Virus record (IMG/VR): IMGVR_UViG_3300002834_000024
Span: 192,001 to 256,000 of that record
From: a virus
Lineage: Duplodnaviria > Heunggongvirae > Uroviricota > Caudoviricetes
Strand: one strand, 5' to 3'
DNA: 64,000 bases
Shown here one piece after another: positions 10,519-21,383 of this stretch; within the stretch, counting starts at the first letter, position 1; each line of letters starts with the position of its first letter. The notes under the pieces were generated by a model. That model saw only the letters and a program-made list of their open reading frames with translations. It had not been told where the DNA came from and ran no database searches. Both the position numbers and the translations under genes were made by a program.

Positions 10519-11468
10519 AAAAGTTTTTAAGTTGGCTTAAAAAAAATCAGGATGTTGTACTTCGCATGGTGTACAGCATCCCTGTTATTTTAGCAGTTAT
10601 CGTATCAATTAACCATGCAATAACATGGTTTGATATTTCAAATCCAAACTATTGGAGTGTTTTTTTATCTATATCGGTTGAAATTGTTGCCTTAACAACA
10701 CTTGTTGCGCTGATTTTAGGGAAGAACACATTTTCTGTGGTTACAACATTTATTATAATAACATTAGTACAAATATTAGGTAATATTTTCTTTTCATTTA
10801 ATTTTATAGATGAGAGTGGCAATTTATTTCAATCATGGGTTAAATTTGTTGATATTATTTTTACAGATAGTGAATTGACAATGGATAAACATAAATTTTG
10901 GTTGGCTACAATTCAAGGTAGTGTTGTACCATTATTATCGCTTCTTTCAATTCATCTAATTTATAGTCTGAAACTGAAAGAAGATAAAGATACTAAAAAG
11001 TTAAGTGAGGAAATAAAACCAATCCAAATTCAGAAAGAGGTAGAAGTAATTCCTGAAAAGGTTTTTAAAAAACCAACTAATTTTGAACCAATAGAAGAAG
11101 ATTTTAATGAAATAGAAGAATATTTACCTGATTTTCCAATTATTGATGAACCAAATATAGATGAAGAAGAAATTCCAGAAATTCTTGAAGAAGTTACAAT
11201 GCCTGTAATAAACGAACAGGTTGAACCGATTAAAAGGGTAAAGATACCAAAACGAATACACAAACCAGATGTAGTTGAAATATCTAATGGCGAATTTGTT
11301 CCTATTAAAGAAGATGAGACTAAATCTGATGTGGAAGAAATAATTGTTCAGGATGAAGAACCAGAACAACTGTATTATGAAGATATGGGACAACCAGCAT
11401 CAAGGGTAATCAATAAACAAAAACGTCAATCATTTTTACCAAGAGTTAAAATAAATAACAGAAAGTAA
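10515..11468 (+). CDS. Multi-TM membrane protein with acidic C-terminal tail
   Basis: About 4 hydrophobic helices, E/P-rich tail. Confidence 0.65.
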   Translation: MKKFLSWLKKNQDVVLRMVYSIPVILAVIVSINHAITWFDISNPNYWSVFLSISVEIVALTTLVALILGKNTFSVVTTFIIITLVQILGNIFFSFNFIDESGNLFQSWVKFVDIIFTDSELTMDKHKFWLATIQGSVVPLLSLLSIHLIYSLKLKEDKDTKKLSEEIKPIQIQKEVEVIPEKVFKKPTNFEPIEEDFNEIEEYLPDFPIIDEPNIDEEEIPEILEEVTMPVINEQVEPIKRVKIPKRIHKPDVVEISNGEFVPIKEDETKSDVEEIIVQDEEPEQLYYEDMGQPASRVINKQKRQSFLPRVKINNRK

Positions 11469-11501
11469 CAGACAAAACTATTTATAAGAAAATTATATAA
11501 G

Positions 11502-11963
11502 ATGTCTAGAAATGATGATAAATATACACGATTAATGCTTGAAAGTATTAGGAATTTTCAACATAACCCTAATAAACCTATTCTATTGAATGAAGATACC
11601 AATACTGATTATAATAGTGTTCAAAGTATTACAATAACAAAAGAAAATTTTCCAGATTTATTTGAAGAAATTAAAAGTTCATTAATTCAAAAAATACCAA
11701 ATGTTAGACTTTCTGATGATTATCTACAATTGGATAAACAGAAAAATACTTTAACTCTATCTGGTGTTGTTCAAAACTTAAATAATTTGGAATTTACTAT
11801 TACAACCGATATTAGTAATGATGATGGGCTTTATGTAACAGTTGAAGGTCTTAATCTTACACAAGGAACATTACAAACACTCCAAGTATTACAAGGGTTT
11901 AGTAAAGTATTTATTAATGAGTGGACAATCAATAAAGTTGCTGATACCTTTAAAATGACTTAA
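11502..11963 (+). CDS. Hypothetical (probable virion) protein
   Basis: Preceded by TATTTATA; LLNE-type site near N-terminus. Confidence 0.6.
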   Translation: MSRNDDKYTRLMLESIRNFQHNPNKPILLNEDTNTDYNSVQSITITKENFPDLFEEIKSSLIQKIPNVRLSDDYLQLDKQKNTLTLSGVVQNLNNLEFTITTDISNDDGLYVTVEGLNLTQGTLQTLQVLQGFSKVFINEWTINKVADTFKMT

Positions 11964-11970
11964 TATCTCT

Positions 11971-12735
11971 ATGCAATATATTAACACCAAAGATTTAATA
12001 AGTAAAATAGTTACTGAATGTCTTTTTGAGATTAGTAAATTAAATAATGAATCACTGATAATAGAAGGATTAAGTGATTTATTATATCATTTTACGGATA
12101 TAAAGGGTATTAATAAAATAGCAGAAACAGATTCATTTGTTGATAATTTGGATAGAACAGGTAATACTGCATTTTTTTCCTTTTCAAGATCAAAAAACGC
12201 AAATATTGGATATGCACGAAGAAAAGGATTATGTGTTAGAATAACATTTGATGGTGTAAAATTGCAACAAAATTTTAAAGGTAGTCAGTTTGATTACTAT
12301 CGAAACAAGGGTGACTATGGGTATCTTAATTTGGGGGATGATATAAGTGGTAAAGAAGCAAGAAGAAATTATGATATACAATATAAACGCACTTTTAATG
12401 ATAAAGAACGTTTTAGTATGTTAAATCAAGAAACGGAATTTGAAGATAGGATTGAAGTAGATAAAAGAAAACCAAATAAACGTGTAGATATTGATAATAA
12501 TAATAAAGTATACATTAAAAATGTTTCAAATTACATAATACGAATTGATGTACTTCCACCAGCTTTTGAAGATGTATATTTTTTATCCCAAAGTAAGTTG
12601 GCTCAAATAACATATGTTTATTTAGATCAAAATTCATATGCGCTACAACTTAATAGAGATGTGCTTCGATTAACTGATATGGGTAAAAATCCAGCAAATT
12701 TTTCATTTAATACAAATCAGGTATATAGAGTTTAA
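11971..12735 (+). CDS. Putative ADP-ribosyltransferase-fold virion protein, paralog A
   Basis: LYHFT / FSFSR / ETEFEDR motifs shared with 12921 ORF. Confidence 0.45.
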   Translation: MQYINTKDLISKIVTECLFEISKLNNESLIIEGLSDLLYHFTDIKGINKIAETDSFVDNLDRTGNTAFFSFSRSKNANIGYARRKGLCVRITFDGVKLQQNFKGSQFDYYRNKGDYGYLNLGDDISGKEARRNYDIQYKRTFNDKERFSMLNQETEFEDRIEVDKRKPNKRVDIDNNNKVYIKNVSNYIIRIDVLPPAFEDVYFLSQSKLAQITYVYLDQNSYALQLNRDVLRLTDMGKNPANFSFNTNQVYRV

Positions 12736-12754
12736 TTATAAAAGACAAATAACT

Positions 12755-12919
12755 ATGACACAACAAGAACTTGAAAAAGAAATCGAAAAAAGACTTGACA
12801 AAATAATGAAAAGTCGGGACTTTGAAAAGACAGTAAAAAAGATAATTTCTGATTGTTTTGTCGAGTTCAATAGAGTTATGTGGGCAAATAGACACTTTTT
12901 AAAAAATCAAATAGGATAA
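12755..12919 (+). CDS. Small hypothetical protein (54 aa, MTQQELEKEIEKRL...)
   Basis: Below track cutoff; fills the gap between flanking genes. Confidence 0.6.
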   Translation: MTQQELEKEIEKRLDKIMKSRDFEKTVKKIISDCFVEFNRVMWANRHFLKNQIG

Positions 12920-12920
12920 G

Positions 12921-13910
12921 ATGTTAAATGAAGAAAAAGATGAAGTTACTTTTTATCAGTTTCTTTCTGAATTGAAAAGTTTTTTACGTGATTTACTCCA
13001 ACACCCAGTTAAATCCGAATTGGATGATTTTTTTAAATCCAGGGGATTTAGTAAGAGTAAATTAATTGAATATCTAATCAAGACTGAAATGATTAAAAAA
13101 ACCGAAAAAGTTAATAGTGATGATCCAGAAAATGTAACACTTGAAGTTTCTTATCTTATTCCCAAGAAAGGGTTTGAAAGGAAAGTTCAAAAAATGTTTA
13201 TAAAACTATTTGAAATAAGAGAAGATATTGATAAATCATGTTTAATAGAGGGGTTAAGTGATGTATTATATCATTTTACACGTTTTGACAGACTTCTTGA
13301 TATATTAGATTCAGATGAAATGAAAGATAATGTAGATCAAGATAAGGCTAATTTTTATTTTTCATTTTCACGAGTAAAAAATGCAAGTATTGGTTATGCA
13401 AGAAATGAAAAGTCACATGTTAGAATAACCTTTGATGGAAGAATGTTATCTTATAATTTTAAAGGAAATCCCTTTGATTATTATAAAAAGAGTCAGCATA
13501 CATGGGAACGAGATTCAGATTTAAGTGGAAAAGAAAGAAGAAGACAACAAGATAATGAATTTAGGATTAATTTCAATGATGAAAAAAGTTCCCTGAATAC
13601 TGAAACTGAATTTGAAGATAGAATTGAAGTACCCTCTAACAAATTTAATAAAAATGTTAAAAGAGTTGATTCTGGTATTGTGATTAAAAATATATCAAGA
13701 TATATAAGACGAATTGATGTTTATGTTAGTGAAAAAGAATTAGATATATGGTGGATAATCAATAGACTTGTGAGGTTACATGAAAATAAACTTTCAAATA
13801 TTATATTTATTTATACTGACAAAAAGGACTTTGATTTACAAACTAATAATACAATGAAAGTAACAGATTTTATAGAAAAAAATTTTAAAGGAGAATACGG
13901 ACCGCTATGA
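12921..13910 (+). CDS. Putative ADP-ribosyltransferase-fold virion protein, paralog B with extra N-terminal domain
   Basis: LIEGLSDVLYHFT / FSFSR / ETEFEDR. Confidence 0.45.
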   Translation: MLNEEKDEVTFYQFLSELKSFLRDLLQHPVKSELDDFFKSRGFSKSKLIEYLIKTEMIKKTEKVNSDDPENVTLEVSYLIPKKGFERKVQKMFIKLFEIREDIDKSCLIEGLSDVLYHFTRFDRLLDILDSDEMKDNVDQDKANFYFSFSRVKNASIGYARNEKSHVRITFDGRMLSYNFKGNPFDYYKKSQHTWERDSDLSGKERRRQQDNEFRINFNDEKSSLNTETEFEDRIEVPSNKFNKNVKRVDSGIVIKNISRYIRRIDVYVSEKELDIWWIINRLVRLHENKLSNIIFIYTDKKDFDLQTNNTMKVTDFIEKNFKGEYGPL

Positions 13911-14239
13911 GAGAAATATCTAAATTTAAACCTAATATGAGTGATGAAATTGCACCAGTTGTATCAGTGAAATTTGAACAATCACCAAATAAAGAAGTTA
14001 TTAAAGAACATGAGAATAAACAGATAAGTTATGCTAAAACTTATCAAGATATTCAAAATGAGAATTATCAAAAAGCATTGAAAACTAAACAACAACTTGA
14101 AGAAGCATATAAGGGTGATGAAAATGGTATTATTGATTATGATAAGATTACAGAATTAAACTATCAGCTCTTATGTCAGGGAATGTGGTTGTCCAATATC
14201 CATAAAAGCGAGTATAACAGATATAATCCATTAATTTAA
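13907..14239 (+). CDS. Hypothetical protein
   Basis: Coupled ORF. Confidence 0.6.
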   Translation: MREISKFKPNMSDEIAPVVSVKFEQSPNKEVIKEHENKQISYAKTYQDIQNENYQKALKTKQQLEEAYKGDENGIIDYDKITELNYQLLCQGMWLSNIHKSEYNRYNPLI

Positions 14240-14264
14240 TTAATAAACTATTTATTATAAAAAA

Positions 14265-15647
14265 ATGAGTAAGACGATGAAATGGTCGGAAATACAACAG
14301 ATAATTAAAGAGGAAATCAATACCGAGATACAAAGAAATCCAACGATGTCTAAATCTGCTTTTCCTGAAACTGAAAAAACTTCAAATCAAGTATATAAAG
14401 ATGCGGAGTCTAAAAGGGTTGAAACTGATACTAAAAAAGCACCTGGGGCTTTACAAGCCAAAGATACCCCTATGCAACCTTATACTGGTTTTGATAGAGA
14501 TAATAATAAAGGGTTGGAACGTATTAAGTATGATAATATTGATGATAAATTTCAGAAACGAGTAAATGCTCTTGCAATGGGAAAAGATAGTCCATTACAA
14601 AAAGATATTGATGAGTCTGAACAAGGGGTATCAACTAGCGGTAATGAGAAATTTGTAAATAGATCAAAAGAAGCAAATCAATATGATAATGATACAAATG
14701 GGTTTGGTAAAGATAATAAAGCAGGAATATTGTTTGGTAGTGATATAGAAGTTTTAGATGGTGATAAACCAGCACATCAAGATTCAGCATTTGAAAATAC
14801 AAATAATAACACAAAAAATCAAATGAACGAGGAAAAAACATTGGAAAATAAAATACAAAAGGGCGAAATTTTTATTGAATCTAAAAGAGGTTTATCTTTG
14901 AAAGTAATTGGATTATCAGAAGATAAAAAAAGTATTAAATTTATAGATGAAAGTACAAATAAACAATATAGTTTATTAAAAGAAAATTTCAAAAGGTCTA
15001 TTGAAAACAATACCTTATTAAGAGAAAATGTTTTTAATGCGTATAGAGAGTGGGCATTAGCAGTTAGAAATTTTGATTTAGACCGTTCTAAACAACTTTC
15101 AGATAGTTTTAATCAAAAATATGGTATGCACCCAGTTAATACTGAATCTTTTGAGAAAGATAAAAAAACACAAGAAGCATTAGATCAAATGGCTAAAATG
15201 AACGAAGATATTGCTGCCCCTAATGCTCAATATGATGCTGATGGAAAAATAGATTCAATTTCAGAACCATTTAAAAAAGTAGTTAAAGAACCAGTTACAG
15301 GTCAAGTACCTACACCTCAACATGGTACTCTTAAAGAACAAAAATCAAGATTAATATTTAACAAGACAAAGTTCCTTTGTGAATCTCATGTGTTTTCATT
15401 AATACCTGAACATTTTAAAGTTGATGGTAAGCAATTCAAAATGATTGATAATACTGGTAATGAATATTTAATTGAATGGAACCAAAAAGCAGAAATACTT
15501 GAACATAAAAATGAAAATGCTGTTCAGGAACAAATGAAACGTATGAAGCAATTATGGGAACATAAACCAGAAAATACTGATAGAAAAATACAAGAAAATA
15601 CATGTATCTTGGATGAAGTTAGAAAAAATATTCAAAAAGAAGAATAA
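14265..15647 (+). CDS. Probable virion internal/head protein
   Basis: IQQIIKEE N-terminus, several LxE sites, TATTTAT upstream. Confidence 0.55.
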   Translation: MSKTMKWSEIQQIIKEEINTEIQRNPTMSKSAFPETEKTSNQVYKDAESKRVETDTKKAPGALQAKDTPMQPYTGFDRDNNKGLERIKYDNIDDKFQKRVNALAMGKDSPLQKDIDESEQGVSTSGNEKFVNRSKEANQYDNDTNGFGKDNKAGILFGSDIEVLDGDKPAHQDSAFENTNNNTKNQMNEEKTLENKIQKGEIFIESKRGLSLKVIGLSEDKKSIKFIDESTNKQYSLLKENFKRSIENNTLLRENVFNAYREWALAVRNFDLDRSKQLSDSFNQKYGMHPVNTESFEKDKKTQEALDQMAKMNEDIAAPNAQYDADGKIDSISEPFKKVVKEPVTGQVPTPQHGTLKEQKSRLIFNKTKFLCESHVFSLIPEHFKVDGKQFKMIDNTGNEYLIEWNQKAEILEHKNENAVQEQMKRMKQLWEHKPENTDRKIQENTCILDEVRKNIQKEE

Positions 15648-15920
15648 TTAAAATAAAAGTTATGTTTTCATTTATAAAAAAATTTTTTGTTAAACCTGTT
15701 GAATATAAAACATTTTCAGCAGATGAAAGATTACTTGAAAGAGAAAAAATATATGAATTAATAAAAAATGCTAAGAAAGAGATATGGATAGTTGCAGACG
15801 AACCAGATCCTTTTGTCATAACCGAATAAAAAAAAGTATTACAACCAAAATTTTTCACCAACAATCATTGAATTGTTGGTTTTTTTTTATATATTAATCT
15901 GTATAATACATTTAATTTAT

Positions 15921-16322
15921 ATGGATGAAAAATATTATTTAATATATGTTAATCAAAGTGGATTGTCTGTTGATGGATTTAATTCATATGATTTTCTTTT
16001 TGCAAAAGATCCAACAATTGTTTATGGCGAAGGGTGGAATGTAATGCCATCAGGAATTTGTAGTCCAGAAGAAAAATTACCCCATGAATCAACTTATGAT
16101 TTACAAAAACGTGTTACAACTCAATTAAAACTTGGATTGGCACAAAATAACAATTGTTTTGCTATGCAAGATTGTATGGATGGGGTAATATGTTTAGCAT
16201 ATGAAGATATATCCGAATATGAAGAATATCCTGTAAATCGTCTTATTCTTAATTTTGGTGAAACATATGAAAATGTTGATAGAAAATTAGATGAAAAATG
16301 TTTAACACTTAAAGATATTTGA
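15921..16322 (+). CDS. Hypothetical protein
   Basis: ATG start MDEKYYLIYVN. Confidence 0.65.
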   Translation: MDEKYYLIYVNQSGLSVDGFNSYDFLFAKDPTIVYGEGWNVMPSGICSPEEKLPHESTYDLQKRVTTQLKLGLAQNNNCFAMQDCMDGVICLAYEDISEYEEYPVNRLILNFGETYENVDRKLDEKCLTLKDI

Positions 16323-16528
16323 TTATGGAAAAATTAATTTTATTTTTTTTCGTTTTATCATGTCTGTTTATTGTAAGAGAAATATATCTGTTTACTCAAT
16401 CTATATTGAAAAACAGAACATTAATAGATACTGATATTTTACCATATTCTGTTCCAATATTAAGACTTATTGGTATATGGATTAGTAGTGGATATATTAT
16501 AACAACATTAATTTGTGGGTTTAAATGA
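16319..16528 (+). CDS. Small 2-TM membrane protein
   Basis: Two hydrophobic segments. Confidence 0.55.
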   Translation: MIMEKLILFFFVLSCLFIVREIYLFTQSILKNRTLIDTDILPYSVPILRLIGIWISSGYIITTLICGFK

Positions 16529-17109
16529 CACTTGATGAAGGCATAAAACTATTGGGTGGAAGATTTCTTGGAATGAATAAAGAATCTATTCAACATGACC
16601 AAAATGGCAAAAATAAATATTTGTCAAGAATAGAAGTTAATTTTGGATCTAATGTAAAGAAACATCAATGGAGTGTTTTTGGTCATCCTATTAATATGGA
16701 TGAAGAACAACAACAGATACGAATTGTTAAAAAACGTTCCGATGATTCTGTTTTTTATTTATTTTCAATAGATGAAAATATTGATTTTGTAGATTTAATA
16801 TCACATGCAATTACTATTGTTAATGTTAATTCCGAAATGGAAAAGAAAATGATATTAATGCAAGAAAAAATAAACGAACTTGGCGAACTTTTTCAAAATT
16901 TAACATATAACGAATTAACAACACTTAAATTTGTTTATAAAGCACCCAAGAATAAAAAACAAAAATCTCCAATTAAAAATACACAAACCAATAATATTGA
17001 TGTTCACCCAGAAAATGTTGTTGAGGAACAATTTGAATACATATCACAGCCAAATGGTAAGTTTAGGGTTGATGAAACACCAGATAATGTTATTCCAGAA
17101 GATTTATAA
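16525..17109 (+). CDS. Hypothetical protein
   Basis: Coupled ORF. Confidence 0.6.
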   Translation: MTLDEGIKLLGGRFLGMNKESIQHDQNGKNKYLSRIEVNFGSNVKKHQWSVFGHPINMDEEQQQIRIVKKRSDDSVFYLFSIDENIDFVDLISHAITIVNVNSEMEKKMILMQEKINELGELFQNLTYNELTTLKFVYKAPKNKKQKSPIKNTQTNNIDVHPENVVEEQFEYISQPNGKFRVDETPDNVIPEDL

Positions 17110-17130
17110 TTTAAAAACAATTTATATAAT

Positions 17131-17508
17131 ATGAACATACTTTTATTTTTTTTAGTAGTATATACCCTATCATTTGCAGTGGTATATAAAAGACCTGCAA
17201 TATTTAAACCAGTTGAATGGACATTTGAAAAGATTGGATTAGGTCCTGCATTGGATTGTATGTTGTGTATGCCAATGTATATTGGGGCTGCATTATCAAC
17301 ATTTAGTTTAATCTTTTTACCAAAGTTAATCTTTTCCCCATCATTATATTTATTTGGAACACCCGAAAGTTGGTATTATATTGTAGCCTATGTTTTCATT
17401 GATATGTTAAGTGCATCTGGAATGATTTATTTAATTGATCAAATACAGGTATATTTGGAAAACAATTATAGAGGTTTTACAAATAATACACAAATGTTGA
17501 ATGACTGA
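17131..17508 (+). CDS. Membrane protein, DUF1360-like
   Basis: 3 TM segments with LDCMLC CxxC. Confidence 0.5.
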   Translation: MNILLFFLVVYTLSFAVVYKRPAIFKPVEWTFEKIGLGPALDCMLCMPMYIGAALSTFSLIFLPKLIFSPSLYLFGTPESWYYIVAYVFIDMLSASGMIYLIDQIQVYLENNYRGFTNNTQMLND

Positions 17509-17737
17509 TGATAATACATTATATGATTTCAAAATAACTTGGATACCAACACAAATATTAGATGATTTAATTCAGAATAAGTATTTGGACGATGTAGAAT
17601 GTCCATATTGTTTTAAAACAAACAGACAAGTATTTTCAAATGGGGATGTTTTTGATGTTACAAGTAATGGGTGTGAATTAAAATGCCCTGATTGTGAAGA
17701 AATGTTTTATCTTTCATGGGAGGGTGAACCATTATGA
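17501..17737 (+). CDS. Zinc-ribbon protein
   Basis: CPYC...CPDC. Confidence 0.6.
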   Translation: MTDDNTLYDFKITWIPTQILDDLIQNKYLDDVECPYCFKTNRQVFSNGDVFDVTSNGCELKCPDCEEMFYLSWEGEPL

Positions 17738-18132
17738 TGAAAGTTAGATTAAAATATGATTATCAATTCCGTGGGGCTGAAACTTTAAAAGCTGGTACTG
17801 AATATTATATTGATGGTTATTTTTATTCCAATGAAATAATATCACAATTTATATCATCTTTGTATGCAGTTCTGATTAAAATTGATTATGATTATAGATT
17901 TGGATGTGCATTTACCTATTGTCCAGTAGAATATTTGGAAATTATTGAACTAAATAATGTAACAAATAACCTATTTATCAATAATTCAAATAAATTAAGA
18001 TTGGATTCATTTCCAACCAATTCAGTTTCAAGTAGCGAAATAGAAATAGTTGAAGAATTGGATAATTTAACTGAAATTAAAATTAATAAAGACCCTGTTT
18101 ACTATGAAGATATGGGGTTACAAGATTATTAA
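17734..18132 (+). CDS. Hypothetical protein
   Basis: Coupled ORF. Confidence 0.6.
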   Translation: MMKVRLKYDYQFRGAETLKAGTEYYIDGYFYSNEIISQFISSLYAVLIKIDYDYRFGCAFTYCPVEYLEIIELNNVTNNLFINNSNKLRLDSFPTNSVSSSEIEIVEELDNLTEIKINKDPVYYEDMGLQDY

Positions 18133-18134
18133 TT

Positions 18135-18356
18135 ATGGGAGAATATAATACCGATATAGAGAATTTAGATAAAGCAATTATTTTGTGTAATAAACAAATG
18201 GAAATTGATAAGACCACCTTGATACTTAATCTTGAACAAGGTTTAGGTGATGAAATTATTAATCATTTGAATAAACAACAAAAAATAACATGGTTTAACA
18301 GATTTAAACAATCATTTGGGTATTATATAAGAATGTTTTTTAGAATGTTTGGATAA
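18135..18356 (+). CDS. Hypothetical protein
   Basis: ORF tiling. Confidence 0.6.
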   Translation: MGEYNTDIENLDKAIILCNKQMEIDKTTLILNLEQGLGDEIINHLNKQQKITWFNRFKQSFGYYIRMFFRMFG

Positions 18357-18651
18357 TATGAAGAAGATAAGAAGTGAACAGGATTTGATGAGGATTATGG
18401 AAATAATATCATCTGAATATGAATGTGATGGGATGTGGATTAAGATACCAATGCCATCATATAATTTGCGAAGATTAGATGAATATTTGTTTCAAAAGTT
18501 TAATCTAAATCAAAAATATAATAATGTAAAAGTCCCAAATGAAGAAGTATATGTTAAAATGGGGAATATACAATTTCAATTAGTTGGAGATGGTAATTAT
18601 GAAAGACCAATAAAAAAAGATGAAGTTGATCAAGAATATTTTGATGATTAA
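18349..18651 (+). CDS. Hypothetical protein
   Basis: ORF tiling. Confidence 0.6.
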   Translation: MDNMKKIRSEQDLMRIMEIISSEYECDGMWIKIPMPSYNLRRLDEYLFQKFNLNQKYNNVKVPNEEVYVKMGNIQFQLVGDGNYERPIKKDEVDQEYFDD

Positions 18652-18699
18652 TAAAAAAAGATTATTTCCAACACAAGATACAGCAGAATTTAAAAATTT

Positions 18700-19005
18700 T
18701 TAATCTTTCATAGGTGGAATTTTTTGATATTTTTGATTGAGTTTAATTAATACTTCACGATGATTTAGTTCGTCACCAATAATTTCTTGTATTTTCTTAA
18801 TATCTTCTTTATCTGTAATATTTTTTAAAATATTCAAATAAATTTCAATAGCATCACTTTCTGATTTAATTGCGCCTTCAATGCTGGCAGCAACTTCAAG
18901 ATTTGGCATTGGATATAATTTACCATCTTGATAGTATTCATTTTCTTCTTTTAATCTTTTTAAAACATCTTTAACAATGTTTTCAATTACAAATTTATCT
19001 TTCAT
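18700..19005 (-). CDS. Ferritin-like half-domain protein with propeptide-like N-terminus
   Basis: AIKSESDAIEIY...IIGDELNH diiron-type E..Y..ExxH pattern. Confidence 0.6.
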   Translation of the reverse strand: MKDKFVIENIVKDVLKRLKEENEYYQDGKLYPMPNLEVAASIEGAIKSESDAIEIYLNILKNITDKEDIKKIQEIIGDELNHREVLIKLNQKYQKIPPMKD

Positions 19006-20216
19006 AGTTCATCTATATTAAAATATTTATTATCATCTGATAAAGATTTTCTTTTTTCATCTATTTCATTATCAAAATTTTCTTTATCTAAATTGTATTG
19101 TATTCCATCATATAAAGACATAAGTTCAATACTACCCTTTTTTGTATCAGCAAAAACATTAATTAATAAATCATTAAATTTTTCTACTGGTTTGGTAACT
19201 ATTTCATAAAACAGATATGGAATTACATCAACCCTTAAATTTTTGGGTAATTGGTTTTCGATTTTATACCATAATGGTATTCCAAAACGTTCATCCCATT
19301 TGCTGGCAAGTCTAAAATCTGATTTTTTAATAATATATGTTGCTTTACTCTTATCTTCTGGTAATCCATTGAATGAAATTAAGTCCAAGATAGCACGAAT
19401 GGTTTCATATAATAATGATAGAAAATTAATCCCTTTTACATTAACAACAGACTTATCATAGGTTTTAACAATAACTTCTGATATGCTGCCATTAGTTACT
19501 TCATTTTCATTTAAAATATTAGCATCTTCAAGATATAATATATATTCATTCAATGCAAGAATTTTTTTATATAGTGGTAATAACTCATCACTAATTTTAA
19601 AAATATCTTTTATATAATATTCATTAAGATTAATAATACGATTGGCTATTCCTTGCATAATACAATTTATCATTCGTCTTTTATAAATTTCATCATTTAC
19701 ACCACGAATGTCCTCAATTCCATTGAAAACAACATCTTCAACACTTTCTGGTTTTAATGGTGTCTTTAAATCAACATTTTGTATTTTATCAACCATTTCA
19801 ATGGTCAAATCAACATCATTTTTGTCAATATCAAACATTTTTTTAATAATGTTCATAACAATAAATTCTAATTGATTTTTTAATGGATTTTCTATTTCAT
19901 AACACCTTTTTAATAATTCAGATAATGTTTTTTTTAATAATGTTTCATCATTTATATCAATATCAGGAAAATTCTTTATCAAGTTGTTTTTAATCCAAGA
20001 ATAACTATTTAACAATAATCGAATAACAAATTTGTTTTCATCATCGGGTGGAAATGCAGGATGATTACCAAGTGATGTTTTATCAAGTTGAATAGCAGTA
20101 ATAATGTGTTTTGGTAGAGTTGGTTCACCAGGACCATAGTCTTCCATCAATAATCTTTTATTTTCTTTAATCACATTCAATTGATTTTGTGTTATTTTTA
20201 TTTTTTTTAGATTCAT
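19002..20216 (-). CDS. Hypothetical (probable virion) protein
   Basis: KIKITQNQL...LLME N-terminus; TATTTATA upstream on minus strand. Confidence 0.65.
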   Translation of the reverse strand: MNLKKIKITQNQLNVIKENKRLLMEDYGPGEPTLPKHIITAIQLDKTSLGNHPAFPPDDENKFVIRLLLNSYSWIKNNLIKNFPDIDINDETLLKKTLSELLKRCYEIENPLKNQLEFIVMNIIKKMFDIDKNDVDLTIEMVDKIQNVDLKTPLKPESVEDVVFNGIEDIRGVNDEIYKRRMINCIMQGIANRIINLNEYYIKDIFKISDELLPLYKKILALNEYILYLEDANILNENEVTNGSISEVIVKTYDKSVVNVKGINFLSLLYETIRAILDLISFNGLPEDKSKATYIIKKSDFRLASKWDERFGIPLWYKIENQLPKNLRVDVIPYLFYEIVTKPVEKFNDLLINVFADTKKGSIELMSLYDGIQYNLDKENFDNEIDEKRKSLSDDNKYFNIDEL

Positions 20217-21306
20217 TATTTCGCTCTAATTCCATCTTATAAATAGTATCAAGTTTGTTTGTAATCACTTCATCATAAATCTCACATAGTTTTAATGAAG
20301 TATCAACTGGTCCCATAAATGTTATATTATTGTATTTCTTTTTTTTACAAAAACCTTGAAGAAATTTGTACAATTCTATAATGATATTAACATGTGGGGC
20401 ATATATTAATTCAGTTTCGTTTGTACTGTATTTCAATATTAGGTAACAATCATATATAAATATATGTATAGGTCTGTCATCAAATATTAGATTATCTAAA
20501 ATGTACTTTACTTCTTTATCTCTATACTTGGCAAGTGTATTATCTGATCCAAACGATTTGAATAATTTTACAGTAGAAACACCAACATGATGAAATTTAT
20601 CTTCAACATTCCATTTATGTTTATTAATGATAACCCAATTACTTTTAGAATCAACAATATTATCAATCAATTTTCCATAGTCATTTGGAAATTGTGATGG
20701 TTCAGTATCATCTTCCAGTTTTAATAACAACAATTCATCATTAGCTTTATGTAATTCTCGATTGAGATAAAAATATTTTCGTGGTAATAGAATGTTTTTA
20801 TTTTCATTTAATAAATTTTCAACACCATCAAATGCTTCTTCTTGGGTAATATATTTATCAAATGATTTTTTTTGAATGTATTTATCAGTAATTACAATTT
20901 GATATACAAATTTAGCCTTTTCATCTTTTTCTTGTGCAAGTTTAAGTTTTCTTCTTTCCAACCCTAATTGCATGAAGGCTTTTCCAGCACATTCTTGTGA
21001 ACAGTATTGCCAATTATAATCTTTGCCCCTTAGTCTTGGTTTTTTCTTAAATTCACTTCCGCACCAATCACATATCCACCATATAGGTTTTTTAATTACA
21101 TAGTTTTTTATATAACCAAGTTTTTTTCGGTATCCTTCTTTGCCTTTTGTTTTATACCATTCTTTATAGAATTTCTTTTTTTGAGCTGCTAAATGAGTAG
21201 CCCATTGAGCATCAGTATAATCTTTTTTTCTTTTTCTTGTTTTTATACCTTTTGCTTCACGTTCTTCAATAGCATTTTTTCTATATTCTGGTATTTTTTT
21301 TGGCAT
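20167..21306 (-). CDS. Basic zinc-finger hypothetical protein
   Basis: CDWCG...YCSQEC; K-rich N-terminus. Confidence 0.6.
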   Translation of the reverse strand: MPKKIPEYRKNAIEEREAKGIKTRKRKKDYTDAQWATHLAAQKKKFYKEWYKTKGKEGYRKKLGYIKNYVIKKPIWWICDWCGSEFKKKPRLRGKDYNWQYCSQECAGKAFMQLGLERRKLKLAQEKDEKAKFVYQIVITDKYIQKKSFDKYITQEEAFDGVENLLNENKNILLPRKYFYLNRELHKANDELLLLKLEDDTEPSQFPNDYGKLIDNIVDSKSNWVIINKHKWNVEDKFHHVGVSTVKLFKSFGSDNTLAKYRDKEVKYILDNLIFDDRPIHIFIYDCYLILKYSTNETELIYAPHVNIIIELYKFLQGFCKKKKYNNITFMGPVDTSLKLCEIYDEVITNKLDTIYKMELERNNESKKNKNNTKSIECD

Positions 21307-21383
21307 TTTATTTGGTTTTATACTTTTTTTGGAATATTATTGCATTACTTTTAATATAATATAATTATCAAAATTTTAAATAC

